A DNA stretch of 64,000 nt. Source: Bdellovibrionales bacterium. Its GTDB lineage: Bacteria > Bdellovibrionota > Bdellovibrionia > Bdellovibrionales > UBA1609. The stretch covers positions 9,970-73,969 of the forward strand of contig JBOEFV010000048.1 in assembly GCA_050633065.1 (NCBI GenBank). The letters run 5' to 3'. The notes beneath the pieces were generated by a model, which saw nothing but the letters and a program-made list of their open reading frames with translations, searched no databases and was not told the DNA's origin. The position numbers were made by a program, and so were the translations under genes. Position 1 is the first letter of the stretch. Every line of letters begins with the position of its first letter. Positions 25,639-35,383 of this stretch are shown here, in pieces.

Positions 25639-27543
25639 ATGACTTGGACGCCTGAAGACAGTAAAAAAATATACGGCATCAATAACTGGGGGAAACCCTT
25701 TTTTGATGTGAATGATGATGGAAACATGATTGTCTCCACCGATACACAAGATCCAAACTCCAAGAAGCTTGACCTTTTTAAACTGACTACTGACTTACAA
25801 GATAGAGGAGTAAGGCTCCCTATCCTTGTAAGGTTTCCAGATATTTTAAAGGCTAGAATTGAAAGCCTTAACAACTGCTTTCATGACGCAATTTCTGAAA
25901 GTGGCTACACAGGGTCTTACCACGGCGTATACCCAGTAAAAGTGAATCAAGAAAAACATTTAGTTGAAGATATTGTAAAACTTGGGACTGATACAAATCT
26001 TGGCCTTGAGTGTGGCAGCAAGCCAGAACTCCTTATTGCACTCTCTAAAATGAAGAACCCTAAAGGGCTCATCATTTGCAACGGCTTTAAAGACAAAGAT
26101 TACATTGAAACCGCTCTTCTTTCACGAAAGCTTGGAAGAAGAACGATAATTGTTGTTGACCGCTTCTCAGAGCTTCAAACAATTATAGACATCTCAAAAA
26201 AACATGACATCAAACCCTTTATTGGACTAAGAGGAAAGCTCTCCTCTCAAGGAGCTGGAAGGTGGGCTGAAAGCTCAGGGCACAAATCAAAGTTTGGTCT
26301 CACTCCAAACGAAATCGTCTTAGCTGTTAATATTTTAAAGAACGAAGACATGTTAGAAAGCCTTGAGCTTCTTCATTTTCACATAGGCTCTCAAGTGCCC
26401 TCAATACAAAACATCAAAAGCGCTCTAAAAGAAGGGGCTCGCTTTTTTACAGAATTCTTTTCTTTAGGAGCAAAACCAAAGTATCTAGATGTTGGCGGGG
26501 GGCTTGGTGTAAACTATGATGGCTCTGGAAGTTCTGACAGTTCAGTTGATTATTCTGATCAAGAATACGCCAATGATGTGGTCTACACCATAAAGTCTAT
26601 TTGCGATGAAAAGTCTGTTCCACACCCACATATTATTACCGAATCAGGAAGAGCCCTAGTTGCTCACACCTCACTTCTTATTTTCAACGTTCTTGGCTCC
26701 AACAACATTCAAACATCTAAAGAAGTCGACCCTATTTCAGCAAAAGACCACCAGGTCTTAAGGGATCTAGCTGAAATATCAAAGCACCTTTCAAAAGAAA
26801 ACATAAAAGAAGCCTTTAATGATTTATCTCAAATAAAGCGCGATGTTTTGCAACTCTTCACTTACGGCGTTTTAACTCTAAAACAACGAGCACTCGCTGA
26901 GGAGATGATCAACAACACCTATATTGAAATTCGATATCTTTTGGCAAAAAACCCTCTGATCCTTCCTGATATGATTCATGAAATCGACTCTATCTTATGT
27001 GAAAGTTATTTTTGTAACTTCTCAGTTTTTCAATCACTTCCCGACTCATGGGCCATGGATCAACTTTTCCCTGTTGCCCCTATCCATAGGCTTGCAGAAG
27101 AACCTGATAGAAGAGCTGTTTTAGTTGATTTAACATGTGACTCTGATGGAACAATTGATCACTTTATAGACCCTACCTCTGACACGCCTCAAAGGTATCT
27201 TGAAGTCCACAGCCTTCAAAAAACAAAGCCTTATTATATTGGCGTTTTTCTAACAGGCGCTTATCAAGAAATTTTAGGAGACATGCACAATCTTTTTGGA
27301 GACACGGACGCTGTTCACGTGCGTTTTACTGAGAACAACAGCTACCGCATTGAAAGTCTTGTAAAAGGCGACACCATCTCTGATGTCTTAAAGTATGTCT
27401 CCTTTGAGCCAAATGATTTACTAGACCAGCTAAGAAATGATTGTGAAGAAAGCATCGTATCTGGAGATTTAACTTCACCACAGGCTAGAACTTTGATGTC
27501 TAAGTTTGAATCTGCACTTCTGGGCTACACATATCTCAATTAA
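25639..27543 (+). CDS. speA: Biosynthetic arginine decarboxylase
   Basis: 634 aa. YGINNWG..FFDVN, YPVKVNQ (PLP Lys) and HFHIGSQ are typical SpeA motifs. Starts 6 nt after leuS. Confidence 0.92.
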   Translation: MTWTPEDSKKIYGINNWGKPFFDVNDDGNMIVSTDTQDPNSKKLDLFKLTTDLQDRGVRLPILVRFPDILKARIESLNNCFHDAISESGYTGSYHGVYPVKVNQEKHLVEDIVKLGTDTNLGLECGSKPELLIALSKMKNPKGLIICNGFKDKDYIETALLSRKLGRRTIIVVDRFSELQTIIDISKKHDIKPFIGLRGKLSSQGAGRWAESSGHKSKFGLTPNEIVLAVNILKNEDMLESLELLHFHIGSQVPSIQNIKSALKEGARFFTEFFSLGAKPKYLDVGGGLGVNYDGSGSSDSSVDYSDQEYANDVVYTIKSICDEKSVPHPHIITESGRALVAHTSLLIFNVLGSNNIQTSKEVDPISAKDHQVLRDLAEISKHLSKENIKEAFNDLSQIKRDVLQLFTYGVLTLKQRALAEEMINNTYIEIRYLLAKNPLILPDMIHEIDSILCESYFCNFSVFQSLPDSWAMDQLFPVAPIHRLAEEPDRRAVLVDLTCDSDGTIDHFIDPTSDTPQRYLEVHSLQKTKPYYIGVFLTGAYQEILGDMHNLFGDTDAVHVRFTENNSYRIESLVKGDTISDVLKYVSFEPNDLLDQLRNDCEESIVSGDLTSPQARTLMSKFESALLGYTYLN

Positions 27544-27550
27544 TCTCATA

Positions 27551-27572
27551 CCCTAAAGGCTATTCTTTAGGG
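27551..27572 (+). promoter_or_regulatory. Intercistronic hairpin between speA and the antiporter gene, overlapping the downstream SD
   Basis: CCCTAAAG-gctatt-CTTTAGGG is a perfect 8-bp stem. The 3' arm contains the GGGAG that would act as SD for the ATG at 27580. It is followed by ATTTTA. Confidence 0.4.
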
Positions 27573-27579
27573 AGATTTT

Positions 27580-28827
27580 ATGCACATAGCTTTAATATCT
27601 GTTGCTGTATTATTTTTCACAGGCCATGCACTTGGGTGGTTTTTTGAGAAAACAAAAATTCCAGATCTTTTAATTCTTGTCATCATCGGATATGTGGTCG
27701 GCCCAATTCTTGGCTACCTAAGCCCTGCAGACTTTGGAAAAGCAGGGGCTCTTTTATCAACACTCGCACTTGTTGTAATATTGTATGAAGGGGGCCTCCA
27801 CTTAACTGCAAAAGAACTTGCTGAAGGATTTTTAACCTCTGCAAGCCTTGCCGTTTTAGGTTTTATTGGCATCTCTGTTCTAGCAGGCCTTGTTGCTTTT
27901 ACCCTTGGAGGGCAACCTTTTCATATAGCACTTCTTCTTGGTCTTGGTATTGGGAGTACCTCCTCAGCTGTGGTCATCCCCATGGTCAAACCGCTCTCCA
28001 TTGATAACAACACAAAAACTATTCTTTCTTTAGAGTCTGCAATAACTGATGTTTTAGCCATTGTGATCTTTTTGGTTGCTGTTGACGGTATTGTTGCTGG
28101 TGAGTTTTCAGCAAAAGCACTTCTTGTAGGACTTGGGCCAAACACTCTACTAGCTGCTCTTTATGGAATTGCAGGAGGCCTTGTTTGGGCCGCCCTTAAA
28201 AAGCATTTTGGACCTGTTTTTAAAATGGCTTTTGCTGGAGAAGCATGGGCCCTTTTAAACTACGGTTTACTAGAACTAGCAGGCTTAAATGGCGCCATCG
28301 GAGTTCTAACTCTTGGCTTTATGCTTGCAAACTTAGACCTCTTGCCCGGCTGGCTTAAAAGTCAAATGAGTTCCGTTCCTGTTTCTTATAGAGATCTTTC
28401 ATTTTTAAACACTTTAACTTTTATGCTAAAAACATTTTTCTTTATCTACTTAGGTGTTTTAGTTAAATTTTCAGATCCTGTTATTGTCGCTCTAGCTTTT
28501 TTAATAACTCTTTTAATTTTTGCATCTAGATATTTAGTTATAAATATCACGATGAAGAAAGCCACCACAAGTAGATTAGATGCCATGATCACAACAGCAA
28601 TGGGCCCAAGAGGTTTAGCCTGCGCAGTACTTGCAACCGTTCCTCTTCAAAAAGGAATTGTGGGCGGACAATGGCTTCAAGATATTATTTTTGCAATTAT
28701 TCCTCTTACGATTTTATTCACCGCCTTTTTTGTTTCTTTATTTGAAAACAAAAAAGTTCGAAGTAAGTTTAGTAAGCTTTGGTTAAAATACTCAGAGCCT
28801 GATGAGCTTGCCCCTTTACAAGATTAA
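27580..28827 (+). CDS. Cation:proton antiporter (Na+/H+ exchanger family)
   Basis: 415 aa and polytopic, with more than 10 hydrophobic segments. The N-terminus ..KIPDLLILVIIGYVVGP is typical of CPA-type exchangers. Confidence 0.78.
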   Translation: MHIALISVAVLFFTGHALGWFFEKTKIPDLLILVIIGYVVGPILGYLSPADFGKAGALLSTLALVVILYEGGLHLTAKELAEGFLTSASLAVLGFIGISVLAGLVAFTLGGQPFHIALLLGLGIGSTSSAVVIPMVKPLSIDNNTKTILSLESAITDVLAIVIFLVAVDGIVAGEFSAKALLVGLGPNTLLAALYGIAGGLVWAALKKHFGPVFKMAFAGEAWALLNYGLLELAGLNGAIGVLTLGFMLANLDLLPGWLKSQMSSVPVSYRDLSFLNTLTFMLKTFFFIYLGVLVKFSDPVIVALAFLITLLIFASRYLVINITMKKATTSRLDAMITTAMGPRGLACAVLATVPLQKGIVGGQWLQDIIFAIIPLTILFTAFFVSLFENKKVRSKFSKLWLKYSEPDELAPLQD

Positions 28828-29711
28828 TCCGCTGGAGCTAGTGGCGCGTAGTATTCTAGCTCTTGAGCCTTAGTTTGGATATAGTGAATAAAAGCGCGTC
28901 CTTGAGCATCTTGCACCTCTACATCTATACCTTTAAAGGCTAAAAGTGCTCTCTTGTAGTATGTATCTCTAGATTTTGTAGATGCAAGTAATGGAGTTGT
29001 CACACCCCCCTCAAGACCACTAGGATTTGTTCTTAAGTCACTTAAAAGTAAATCAAAAATTTCTCTTAAATCTTTTTCAACAGAGATCACAAGAGGATGA
29101 GTTGTTATCACTCTACCTCCTCCTGCAAACAGACTCTCTCTTATCACCTGGTTTACTTCTAAGTTTTTATCCGCAAGTAGTAACTTCACCATCTCAATAG
29201 ATTTTTGGCTAACAGCATACGAAAGTGGTGACATCTGCGGGATAGGGCTGTGGTTTACATCAAGCCTGCCGTCACTTAAAAGAAGCTTCAGCATTTCAAT
29301 ATTTCTTTTAGAGATCGCCTGAAACAACGGGGTGTATGCTGACATCTTATTATCATTAAGCTCCACATGCTTAGATGCCAAAAGAGCCCTAACAACGTCC
29401 ACTCGACCACGCTCAATATTTTCTGAAAGCAGAAAGGCCAACATATCCTTATAGGTATACTTTGGGCTTCGCCCAGATAAAGCTGTCAGCTCTGAAAATG
29501 ACATGTCATAAACTTTGCTCAAGTCTTCATTTTTCACAAATTCCTTAGCCGCTTTAACACTTCCATTATAAACCTCTGCTGGAATTTCAGAACTAAACAA
29601 AGGAGCCTTTGATAATGTGTGCAGGTAATCACTACATTTAACTGCGGAAAACGCATTAAAACCAAAAAGCAATGAAAAGAGGAATACTAAGTTTTTCATA
29701 ACAACACTCAT
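28824..29711 (-). CDS. Secreted ankyrin-repeat protein
   Basis: Signal peptide MKNLVFLFSLLFGFNAFSA. Tandem repeats of about 33 aa occur, such as TPLFQAISKRNIEMLKLLLSDGRLDVN, SPLSYAVSQKSIEMVKLLLADKNLEVN and HPLVISVEKDLREIFDLLLSD. Confidence 0.8.
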   Translation of the reverse strand: MSVVMKNLVFLFSLLFGFNAFSAVKCSDYLHTLSKAPLFSSEIPAEVYNGSVKAAKEFVKNEDLSKVYDMSFSELTALSGRSPKYTYKDMLAFLLSENIERGRVDVVRALLASKHVELNDNKMSAYTPLFQAISKRNIEMLKLLLSDGRLDVNHSPIPQMSPLSYAVSQKSIEMVKLLLADKNLEVNQVIRESLFAGGGRVITTHPLVISVEKDLREIFDLLLSDLRTNPSGLEGGVTTPLLASTKSRDTYYKRALLAFKGIDVEVQDAQGRAFIHYIQTKAQELEYYAPLAPAD

Positions 29712-29863
29712 GCAAAAAAAGCGCCCTTAATACAAACCTTTAAAGCTTCCAAACCCGTTTAGAAACTGCTCAATGTGACATTTAACGGCCTTTTTCATCT
29801 CATTTTTTTACCACTCTCACTCTAAAGTTGATCAGCTGGAACAAATTTTGCTATTTAAAGCCT

Positions 29864-31006
29864 ATGAAACTGCGTCTTCTCATACTACAGCTAACCCTCC
29901 CCTTCCTTTGCCAGCAGGCAAACGCAGGCTTTTCTTGTAAAAGTATACTCTCAAATCACCCTAGCACTTTAAGGCTTTCTCCCTATAAAAGAGATCCACA
30001 TGAAATCGGAGACAGTGATCACTCAAAAGATGCAGTGGAGGCCTTAGCTCCCCACATTAAAGGAACCCGCATCCCGCCCCATACTCGAGAACAATGTTAT
30101 GGCACCTGCTATGCCTATTCTAATGCTGTCCTTGTAGAAAACGCCTTAAAGCAACAACATATAATTCCCGCCGACGGTCTACTTTTAACAGCTCCAATTC
30201 TTTCAGCAACAGCCCTTAGAAGAATGAGAGAAAAACCAGGTCTTTCCATTGAAGAGTCTATAAACGGCGGCAACTCTGATCTTATGTATGATCTTAGTAA
30301 CTCTTCAATTTTTTATGTCACCGGTGAAAACATAGCCTCTCTTGGCAGCAGTAAAAACCTATTGTCTTTAGAAACTAGTTTTTTTAGGGAGTTTGCTGAA
30401 GGTAGTTTTAAATACAGAGGACAGGGCTTAAAAGAAGTTTTACTTCAAGGCGCCATCTTTTCTCCGCAAAGAAACACCACCCTAGCCTTTCAAGAGTATG
30501 TAAAACAAAAAACCGGGGTACCCTTAAACGTTAGTCGAGCCAGCATCAGCTCCATTCGTTTTTTTAATATTCAGACACACATTTATGAATCACAAAATTT
30601 TCTAATTTCATCACACATTTCAACAGCCACACACCCCGCCCCGAGAAACACTCAGTTTGAAGTCGGAAATTTCTTAAGACTTGGAAGAATGTTACCCGGA
30701 AGCCCCTTTTCTTTTGCCTCAAGTAATTTTATGGAGAAACTACTCCCCTCACTCATCAAAAAACTTAAAGAAGACCACTTTGTACGGATTTCATTTCAAG
30801 GCGATGTTTTTGGAGAACCACACACAGTTATTTTGACTAATTTAGTAATTAATCGTGATAATAATACCCTCTTAGGCTTTTTATTCCTAAATTCTCACAG
30901 CACTCACTGGGGGTCTCATGGCTACGGATTTGTCTCTGTACAAGAACTGCTTAGTTACGCCACCGGATATGAGATCTTAAATCACCTTGAAGTAGTAAGA
31001 CCTTAG
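29864..31006 (+). CDS. Secreted papain-like (C1-type) cysteine peptidase homologue
   Basis: EQCYGTCYAYSNAV parallels papain NQGSCGSCWAFSAV (oxyanion Gln plus catalytic Cys). EPHTVILT parallels VDHAVAAV (His). FLNSHSTHWGSHGYGFV parallels IKNSWGTGWGENGYIRI (Asn-Ser-Trp region). The track start is TTG 29828; I prefer ATG 29864, which gives the signal peptide MKLRLLILQLTLPFLCQQANA. Confidence 0.6.
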   Translation: MKLRLLILQLTLPFLCQQANAGFSCKSILSNHPSTLRLSPYKRDPHEIGDSDHSKDAVEALAPHIKGTRIPPHTREQCYGTCYAYSNAVLVENALKQQHIIPADGLLLTAPILSATALRRMREKPGLSIEESINGGNSDLMYDLSNSSIFYVTGENIASLGSSKNLLSLETSFFREFAEGSFKYRGQGLKEVLLQGAIFSPQRNTTLAFQEYVKQKTGVPLNVSRASISSIRFFNIQTHIYESQNFLISSHISTATHPAPRNTQFEVGNFLRLGRMLPGSPFSFASSNFMEKLLPSLIKKLKEDHFVRISFQGDVFGEPHTVILTNLVINRDNNTLLGFLFLNSHSTHWGSHGYGFVSVQELLSYATGYEILNHLEVVRP

Positions 31007-31009
31007 GCC

Positions 31010-32026
31010 TTACTTTCTAGGATCAAACGCGTCTCTAACACCCTCACCAATGAAGTTTAAAACAACCAACGAAACAAAAAGTGCAATTGAAGTAAACAAC
31101 CCAAGCCACCAAGCTGTCATAAAATGTTGCTTAGATTGCTGTAGTAATTCGCCCCAAGATGGTGTTGGAGGCCTTAGACCAAAGCCCAAGTAATCAATAT
31201 TTGCTAAAAATGAAATTTGAACAGCTATAGAAAATGGTGAAAAGGTAACCACTGGAGCTAGAGCGTTTGGAAGAATATGCTTAAACACAACTGATGCTCT
31301 TGATGCACCCATCGCCTCAGCTGCCTCAACAAACTCTCTTTTTCTAAGCTTTAAAAACTCTGCACGGATATAGACCGAGATTGTCATCCAGTAAAATGTT
31401 GTCGCTATTCCAACAAGCAGTAAAAGACTTGGGGTAAATATAGATGAGATAAAAAGGAGCATGTAAAAAATAGGCATTGATTCAAAAACCTCAACCACAC
31501 GCTGGCCAAATAAATCTGTCTTTCCACCAATAAAACCCATCAAAGAGCCTATCACTATGCCCAATGTATAGGAAAATAGCCACACCAAAAGTGCGTATCC
31601 AAATGAGTATCTAAACCCGTACAACAGGCGCGCAAAGACGTCTCTACCCCTATCGTCGGTCCCAAGGATATTCACCGAGTTCGGTGCAGATGGATAGTCA
31701 TCAACGCTCTTGTTCGACTCATATGGATTCCACTCAACAAGAGGCCAAAGGTCCCACTTAATATCTTCCTTTGGAATAGATCTGTAATCCATTAAGAAAA
31801 TATCATCTCTTCCAAACTCAGTTGGGTGATAAGTTTTGAAAACAGGGAAGTAAACTGATCCCCGATAGTTCATCGCAAGAGGCTTATTATTCGCCCACAT
31901 TTCCGCCGTTAAACTTACGAATAAAATGATGATGATTAAGTAGAGTGAAAATACAGCTCTTTTTTGAGCCTTAAATCTCTTCAGCCTTTTTAACGTTTGC
32001 TCGTTTTTTATGAATCGTCCAATCAT
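31010..32026 (-). CDS. Peptide-type ABC transporter permease (YejE/OppC-like)
   Basis: Binding-protein-dependent transport motif EAAEAMGASRASVVFKHILPNA. Polytopic. Overlaps the upstream permease gene by 4 nt. Confidence 0.85.
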   Translation of the reverse strand: MIGRFIKNEQTLKRLKRFKAQKRAVFSLYLIIIILFVSLTAEMWANNKPLAMNYRGSVYFPVFKTYHPTEFGRDDIFLMDYRSIPKEDIKWDLWPLVEWNPYESNKSVDDYPSAPNSVNILGTDDRGRDVFARLLYGFRYSFGYALLVWLFSYTLGIVIGSLMGFIGGKTDLFGQRVVEVFESMPIFYMLLFISSIFTPSLLLLVGIATTFYWMTISVYIRAEFLKLRKREFVEAAEAMGASRASVVFKHILPNALAPVVTFSPFSIAVQISFLANIDYLGFGLRPPTPSWGELLQQSKQHFMTAWWLGLFTSIALFVSLVVLNFIGEGVRDAFDPRK

Positions 32027-33030
32027 GAGAAATCAATCCTTGGGTCAACAGCTATATAAAGAAGATCACTAATTAAGCGACCCAAAAGTAAAAACAACGA
32101 AGACAGAAAAATAATCCCCATGCTTATATTGTAGTCACGCTGAAGAAGGGCCGTATAGCTTAACTGACCCATTCCATAAATATTAAAAATTTCTTCGATG
32201 ATGATTGAACCAGCTAAAAAGATTCCCAAAAAAGAACCTAAACTTGTAACAATCGGAATCAATGCATTTCTTAAAGCATGACGATAAACCACTGTTTTTT
32301 CCGCTAGACCTTTAGCTCGTGCAGTTCTTACATAATCTAATTTAATTTCATCAAGCAAAGAGTTCTTCATTAAAAATGTTAGAGCTGTAAAACCACCAAT
32401 CATATAACAAAGAAGAGGGAGGATGAAGTGATGGATTCTATCCCAAACTTGCTCAATAAACGTCATATACTCATACTCATCAGACACTGACCCTTGAAGT
32501 GGGAACCACTCAAGATACATCGGATTTGCCAAAAAGTTGCGCAGCAAGATCCCAAGCATTAAAGGCGGAATGGAGTACAAGATAATCAAAAAGAAAGAGG
32601 AGACATGGTCAAAAGTTGAACCATCCATCACAGCCTTTCTAATTCCTAAAGGCACACAGACCAAATAAATCAGCAGAAATGACACCAGTCCAAATTGTAA
32701 GGATATAGGGATTCTGCTTAAAATCACATCTAAAGCAGGCTCTTCAAAAGAAAAGGATCTTCCAAAATCTAACCTTGCAAGACTCGTCACCCAGATAAAA
32801 TATCTTGTATGCATCGGCTTATCAAAGCCGTACTGCTTTTTAAGCCCCTCAATCACTTCTTCAGAAACACCAAAATTTTGACCTGATGCTTGCTGAGCTT
32901 GTTTGATTTGCTGGATCTTTTGCTCAATTGGCCCACCTGGAGTGAGGTTCAACAAGACAAAAGAAATTAAAGTCACCCCAATAAGGGTCGGTATGATTAA
33001 TAAGATTCTTTTTAGAAAATACTTAAGCAT
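32023..33030 (-). CDS. Peptide-type ABC transporter permease (YejB/OppB-like)
   Basis: MLKYFLKRILLIIPTLIGVTLISF N-terminus and YVRTARAKGLAEKTVVYRHALRNA EAA-loop motif. Confidence 0.85.
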   Translation of the reverse strand: MLKYFLKRILLIIPTLIGVTLISFVLLNLTPGGPIEQKIQQIKQAQQASGQNFGVSEEVIEGLKKQYGFDKPMHTRYFIWVTSLARLDFGRSFSFEEPALDVILSRIPISLQFGLVSFLLIYLVCVPLGIRKAVMDGSTFDHVSSFFLIILYSIPPLMLGILLRNFLANPMYLEWFPLQGSVSDEYEYMTFIEQVWDRIHHFILPLLCYMIGGFTALTFLMKNSLLDEIKLDYVRTARAKGLAEKTVVYRHALRNALIPIVTSLGSFLGIFLAGSIIIEEIFNIYGMGQLSYTALLQRDYNISMGIIFLSSLFLLLGRLISDLLYIAVDPRIDFS

Positions 33031-33033
33031 AGC

Positions 33034-34674
33034 CTACTCTGGTAAAGACCACATACGAGGGCCAACAGAATAATTATAAGTGTCTTTAGGTCTGACCACA
33101 CGACTGCTCACTGCATACAAACTATACTTTGGCTCAAAGAAGAAAATATACGGAGCATCTTCAGCGATCATATCGTGGATCTTATGAAACTCAGCCAGTC
33201 TCTTCTTCTTATCTACAACGTTAATTGCTGATTCTATTAAAGCATCTACTTTTAGATTTTTATAACTTACAAAGTTTGAACCCGTTCCATTTGCACTTTT
33301 TGAGTGCCAGATTTGTGTTGGATCAGGGTTCACTCCACCACCACCCCAAGACATAATTACAGCGTCAAACTTTCTCTCATCTAAAGCCTTAGTAAAAGCA
33401 TTCCAGTCAATAGTTTCAATCACCATCTTAACGCCGGCTTTTTTCATATCTTCTTTGATAACTGTAATTACTTTTTCTGTATCTTTATTTGAGTTTAAAA
33501 GGCTAAACACTAGCGGTGTTTTAACACCATCAATCACCTTGTCTAAAAGTCCATCTTTATCAGTATCTGTCCAGCCAGCTTTAGTTAATATTGCTTTTGC
33601 TTTTTGAGGGTCAAAAGGAATGGCTTTTGTTTTCGGATTTGAATAGTCACTTGCAATTCTAAAAGGTCCTGTTGCAGGCTCATTCATACCATAATAAAAC
33701 TTTTCATTTATAAATTCACGATTTACCAAATGCGCTAAAGCTTTACGAACAAGTCTGTTCTTTAAAATTTTATTGTTATTATTTAAACCTATAAACGACA
33801 TGTTCTTAGGCAGTTTATTTGTCGCCTTAACCTTTAAAACAGTATCCCCCCAAGGCTTTTTATTCATTTTTTTAACAAAATCTTCTGGGCGAACTCTTCC
33901 TTCGTAATCAAGCTTTCCACGCTCAAGCATTGCCCTTCTTAAATTAGCTTCTTTAATAAATTTAAAGATAATGCGCTTAAACCTGTACATGTCCTTAGTA
34001 GCTTCATTTGCACGCCCCCACCAATCCGTGTTTTCAACAAGGGTGATGCTTTTTCCTTTATTCCATTTATCAAACTTATAAGGACCTGACCCCATAACGG
34101 TTTTACCCAAACGATTCTCTTTTGTTTGCTTAGAATAAAAAGCCTTAGGAAAAACCCTTAAGCCACCAATAACCTCAAGGTTTAAAAAGTATGTGTCTTT
34201 TGCTGTAAATTTAATTGTGTACTTATCTACAATTTCAGACTTAACAAAATTAGTATAAAAGCTTCTTAGTGGATATGACTCATACAAATCATCAAAAAGT
34301 GCTTTAAATGAAAAATCCACATCTTCAGACGTCATCATTGTTCCATCATGAAACTTCACGTCTTTACGGAGATAGAACGTAAATGTTTTTTGATCTTTTG
34401 AAACCTCAAACCTCTCTGCAAGGTGCGGCTTAGATTCGTAAGTATCCAAGTCAGTGATCAAAAGAGTTTCAATAATACTTGAAGCATAATGAATAGACTG
34501 CAGGCGAACCTGGGTAGATACAACTTCACTGGCTCTAATCGGATGCAGGTCACTTGGCTCGCTCTCCAAAGCCTGAATGAAAATATCCTTAGTTCCGGAT
34601 TTTCCACCATCTGAATTTTTTGAGCACCCCACACTAACAACTAACAATATCAAAAGTGCGTAAATAAGCTTCAT
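33034..34674 (-). CDS. ABC transporter substrate-binding lipoprotein, family 5 (OppA/YejA-like)
   Basis: Size and composition fit family 5 peptide-binding proteins (..KFHDGT..). The track start is 34704; I prefer ATG 34674, which gives the lipobox MKLIYALLILLVVSVGCS. Confidence 0.82.
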   Translation of the reverse strand: MKLIYALLILLVVSVGCSKNSDGGKSGTKDIFIQALESEPSDLHPIRASEVVSTQVRLQSIHYASSIIETLLITDLDTYESKPHLAERFEVSKDQKTFTFYLRKDVKFHDGTMMTSEDVDFSFKALFDDLYESYPLRSFYTNFVKSEIVDKYTIKFTAKDTYFLNLEVIGGLRVFPKAFYSKQTKENRLGKTVMGSGPYKFDKWNKGKSITLVENTDWWGRANEATKDMYRFKRIIFKFIKEANLRRAMLERGKLDYEGRVRPEDFVKKMNKKPWGDTVLKVKATNKLPKNMSFIGLNNNNKILKNRLVRKALAHLVNREFINEKFYYGMNEPATGPFRIASDYSNPKTKAIPFDPQKAKAILTKAGWTDTDKDGLLDKVIDGVKTPLVFSLLNSNKDTEKVITVIKEDMKKAGVKMVIETIDWNAFTKALDERKFDAVIMSWGGGGVNPDPTQIWHSKSANGTGSNFVSYKNLKVDALIESAINVVDKKKRLAEFHKIHDMIAEDAPYIFFFEPKYSLYAVSSRVVRPKDTYNYSVGPRMWSLPE

Positions 34675-34767
34675 TTGTTTCTCCTTGAAGAGGGCCTTAA
34701 ACATCTACATAATATAGAAAAACAGAGTCTAAAAACTTTCGTCTCTAAGCAAGGAGAAACCCCTTAA

Positions 34768-35382
34768 ATGACTGATTCTAAGGCAGAAATTGCTAAAAAT
34801 AACCCCCTAAGGCGCCTCTATGTCTGGAGTATGAATGAGTGTGAAAAACCCTACTCTTTTTGGTTTTTAAGTGCCTTTGCGTACTTAGAATCTATAATCA
34901 TTCCCATCCCAACAGACCCCCTCCTTATAGCCAAGGCAACAGCCGCCCCCAAAAAGGCCCTAAGCTTGTCGTTTTGGATCAGTATTTTTAGCGTTTTAGG
35001 TGGCATAACAGGCTACTTTATCGGAAGCCTGCTCTGGGAAGCCCTCTCTCCTTTTATCTTTGAGTACCTTATTTCAGAAAATGTTTTTGATACTATCAAA
35101 GCCCGCTTTAGTGAAAGCGTCTTCCTTTTTGTAGTCTTAGGTGGCCTAACCCCACTTCCCTTTAAAGCTTTTGCCTTAACAGCCGGATCAATGCAGCTTC
35201 CCCTTTTGCCCTTCACTTTAGGGTGCGTTGTCGGAAGAGGTGCTCGCTTTCTTTTGATCGGCCTTCTGGTTCACTTTTTTGGAGCAAAAATTAAAGCTTT
35301 TATGGATAAGTGGCTTGAAGCTATTTCAATAATTTTAGGTTTACTTGTTGCACTTTTAATCCTCATTAAATACTTAAACTAG
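34768..35382 (+). CDS. YqaA/DedA-like (SNARE-associated domain) membrane protein
   Basis: 204 aa with 4-5 hydrophobic segments. The N-terminal region ..FWFLSAFAYLESIIIPIPTDPLL is typical of the YqaA family. Confidence 0.65.
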   Translation: MTDSKAEIAKNNPLRRLYVWSMNECEKPYSFWFLSAFAYLESIIIPIPTDPLLIAKATAAPKKALSLSFWISIFSVLGGITGYFIGSLLWEALSPFIFEYLISENVFDTIKARFSESVFLFVVLGGLTPLPFKAFALTAGSMQLPLLPFTLGCVVGRGARFLLIGLLVHFFGAKIKAFMDKWLEAISIILGLLVALLILIKYLN

Positions 35383-35383
35383 T

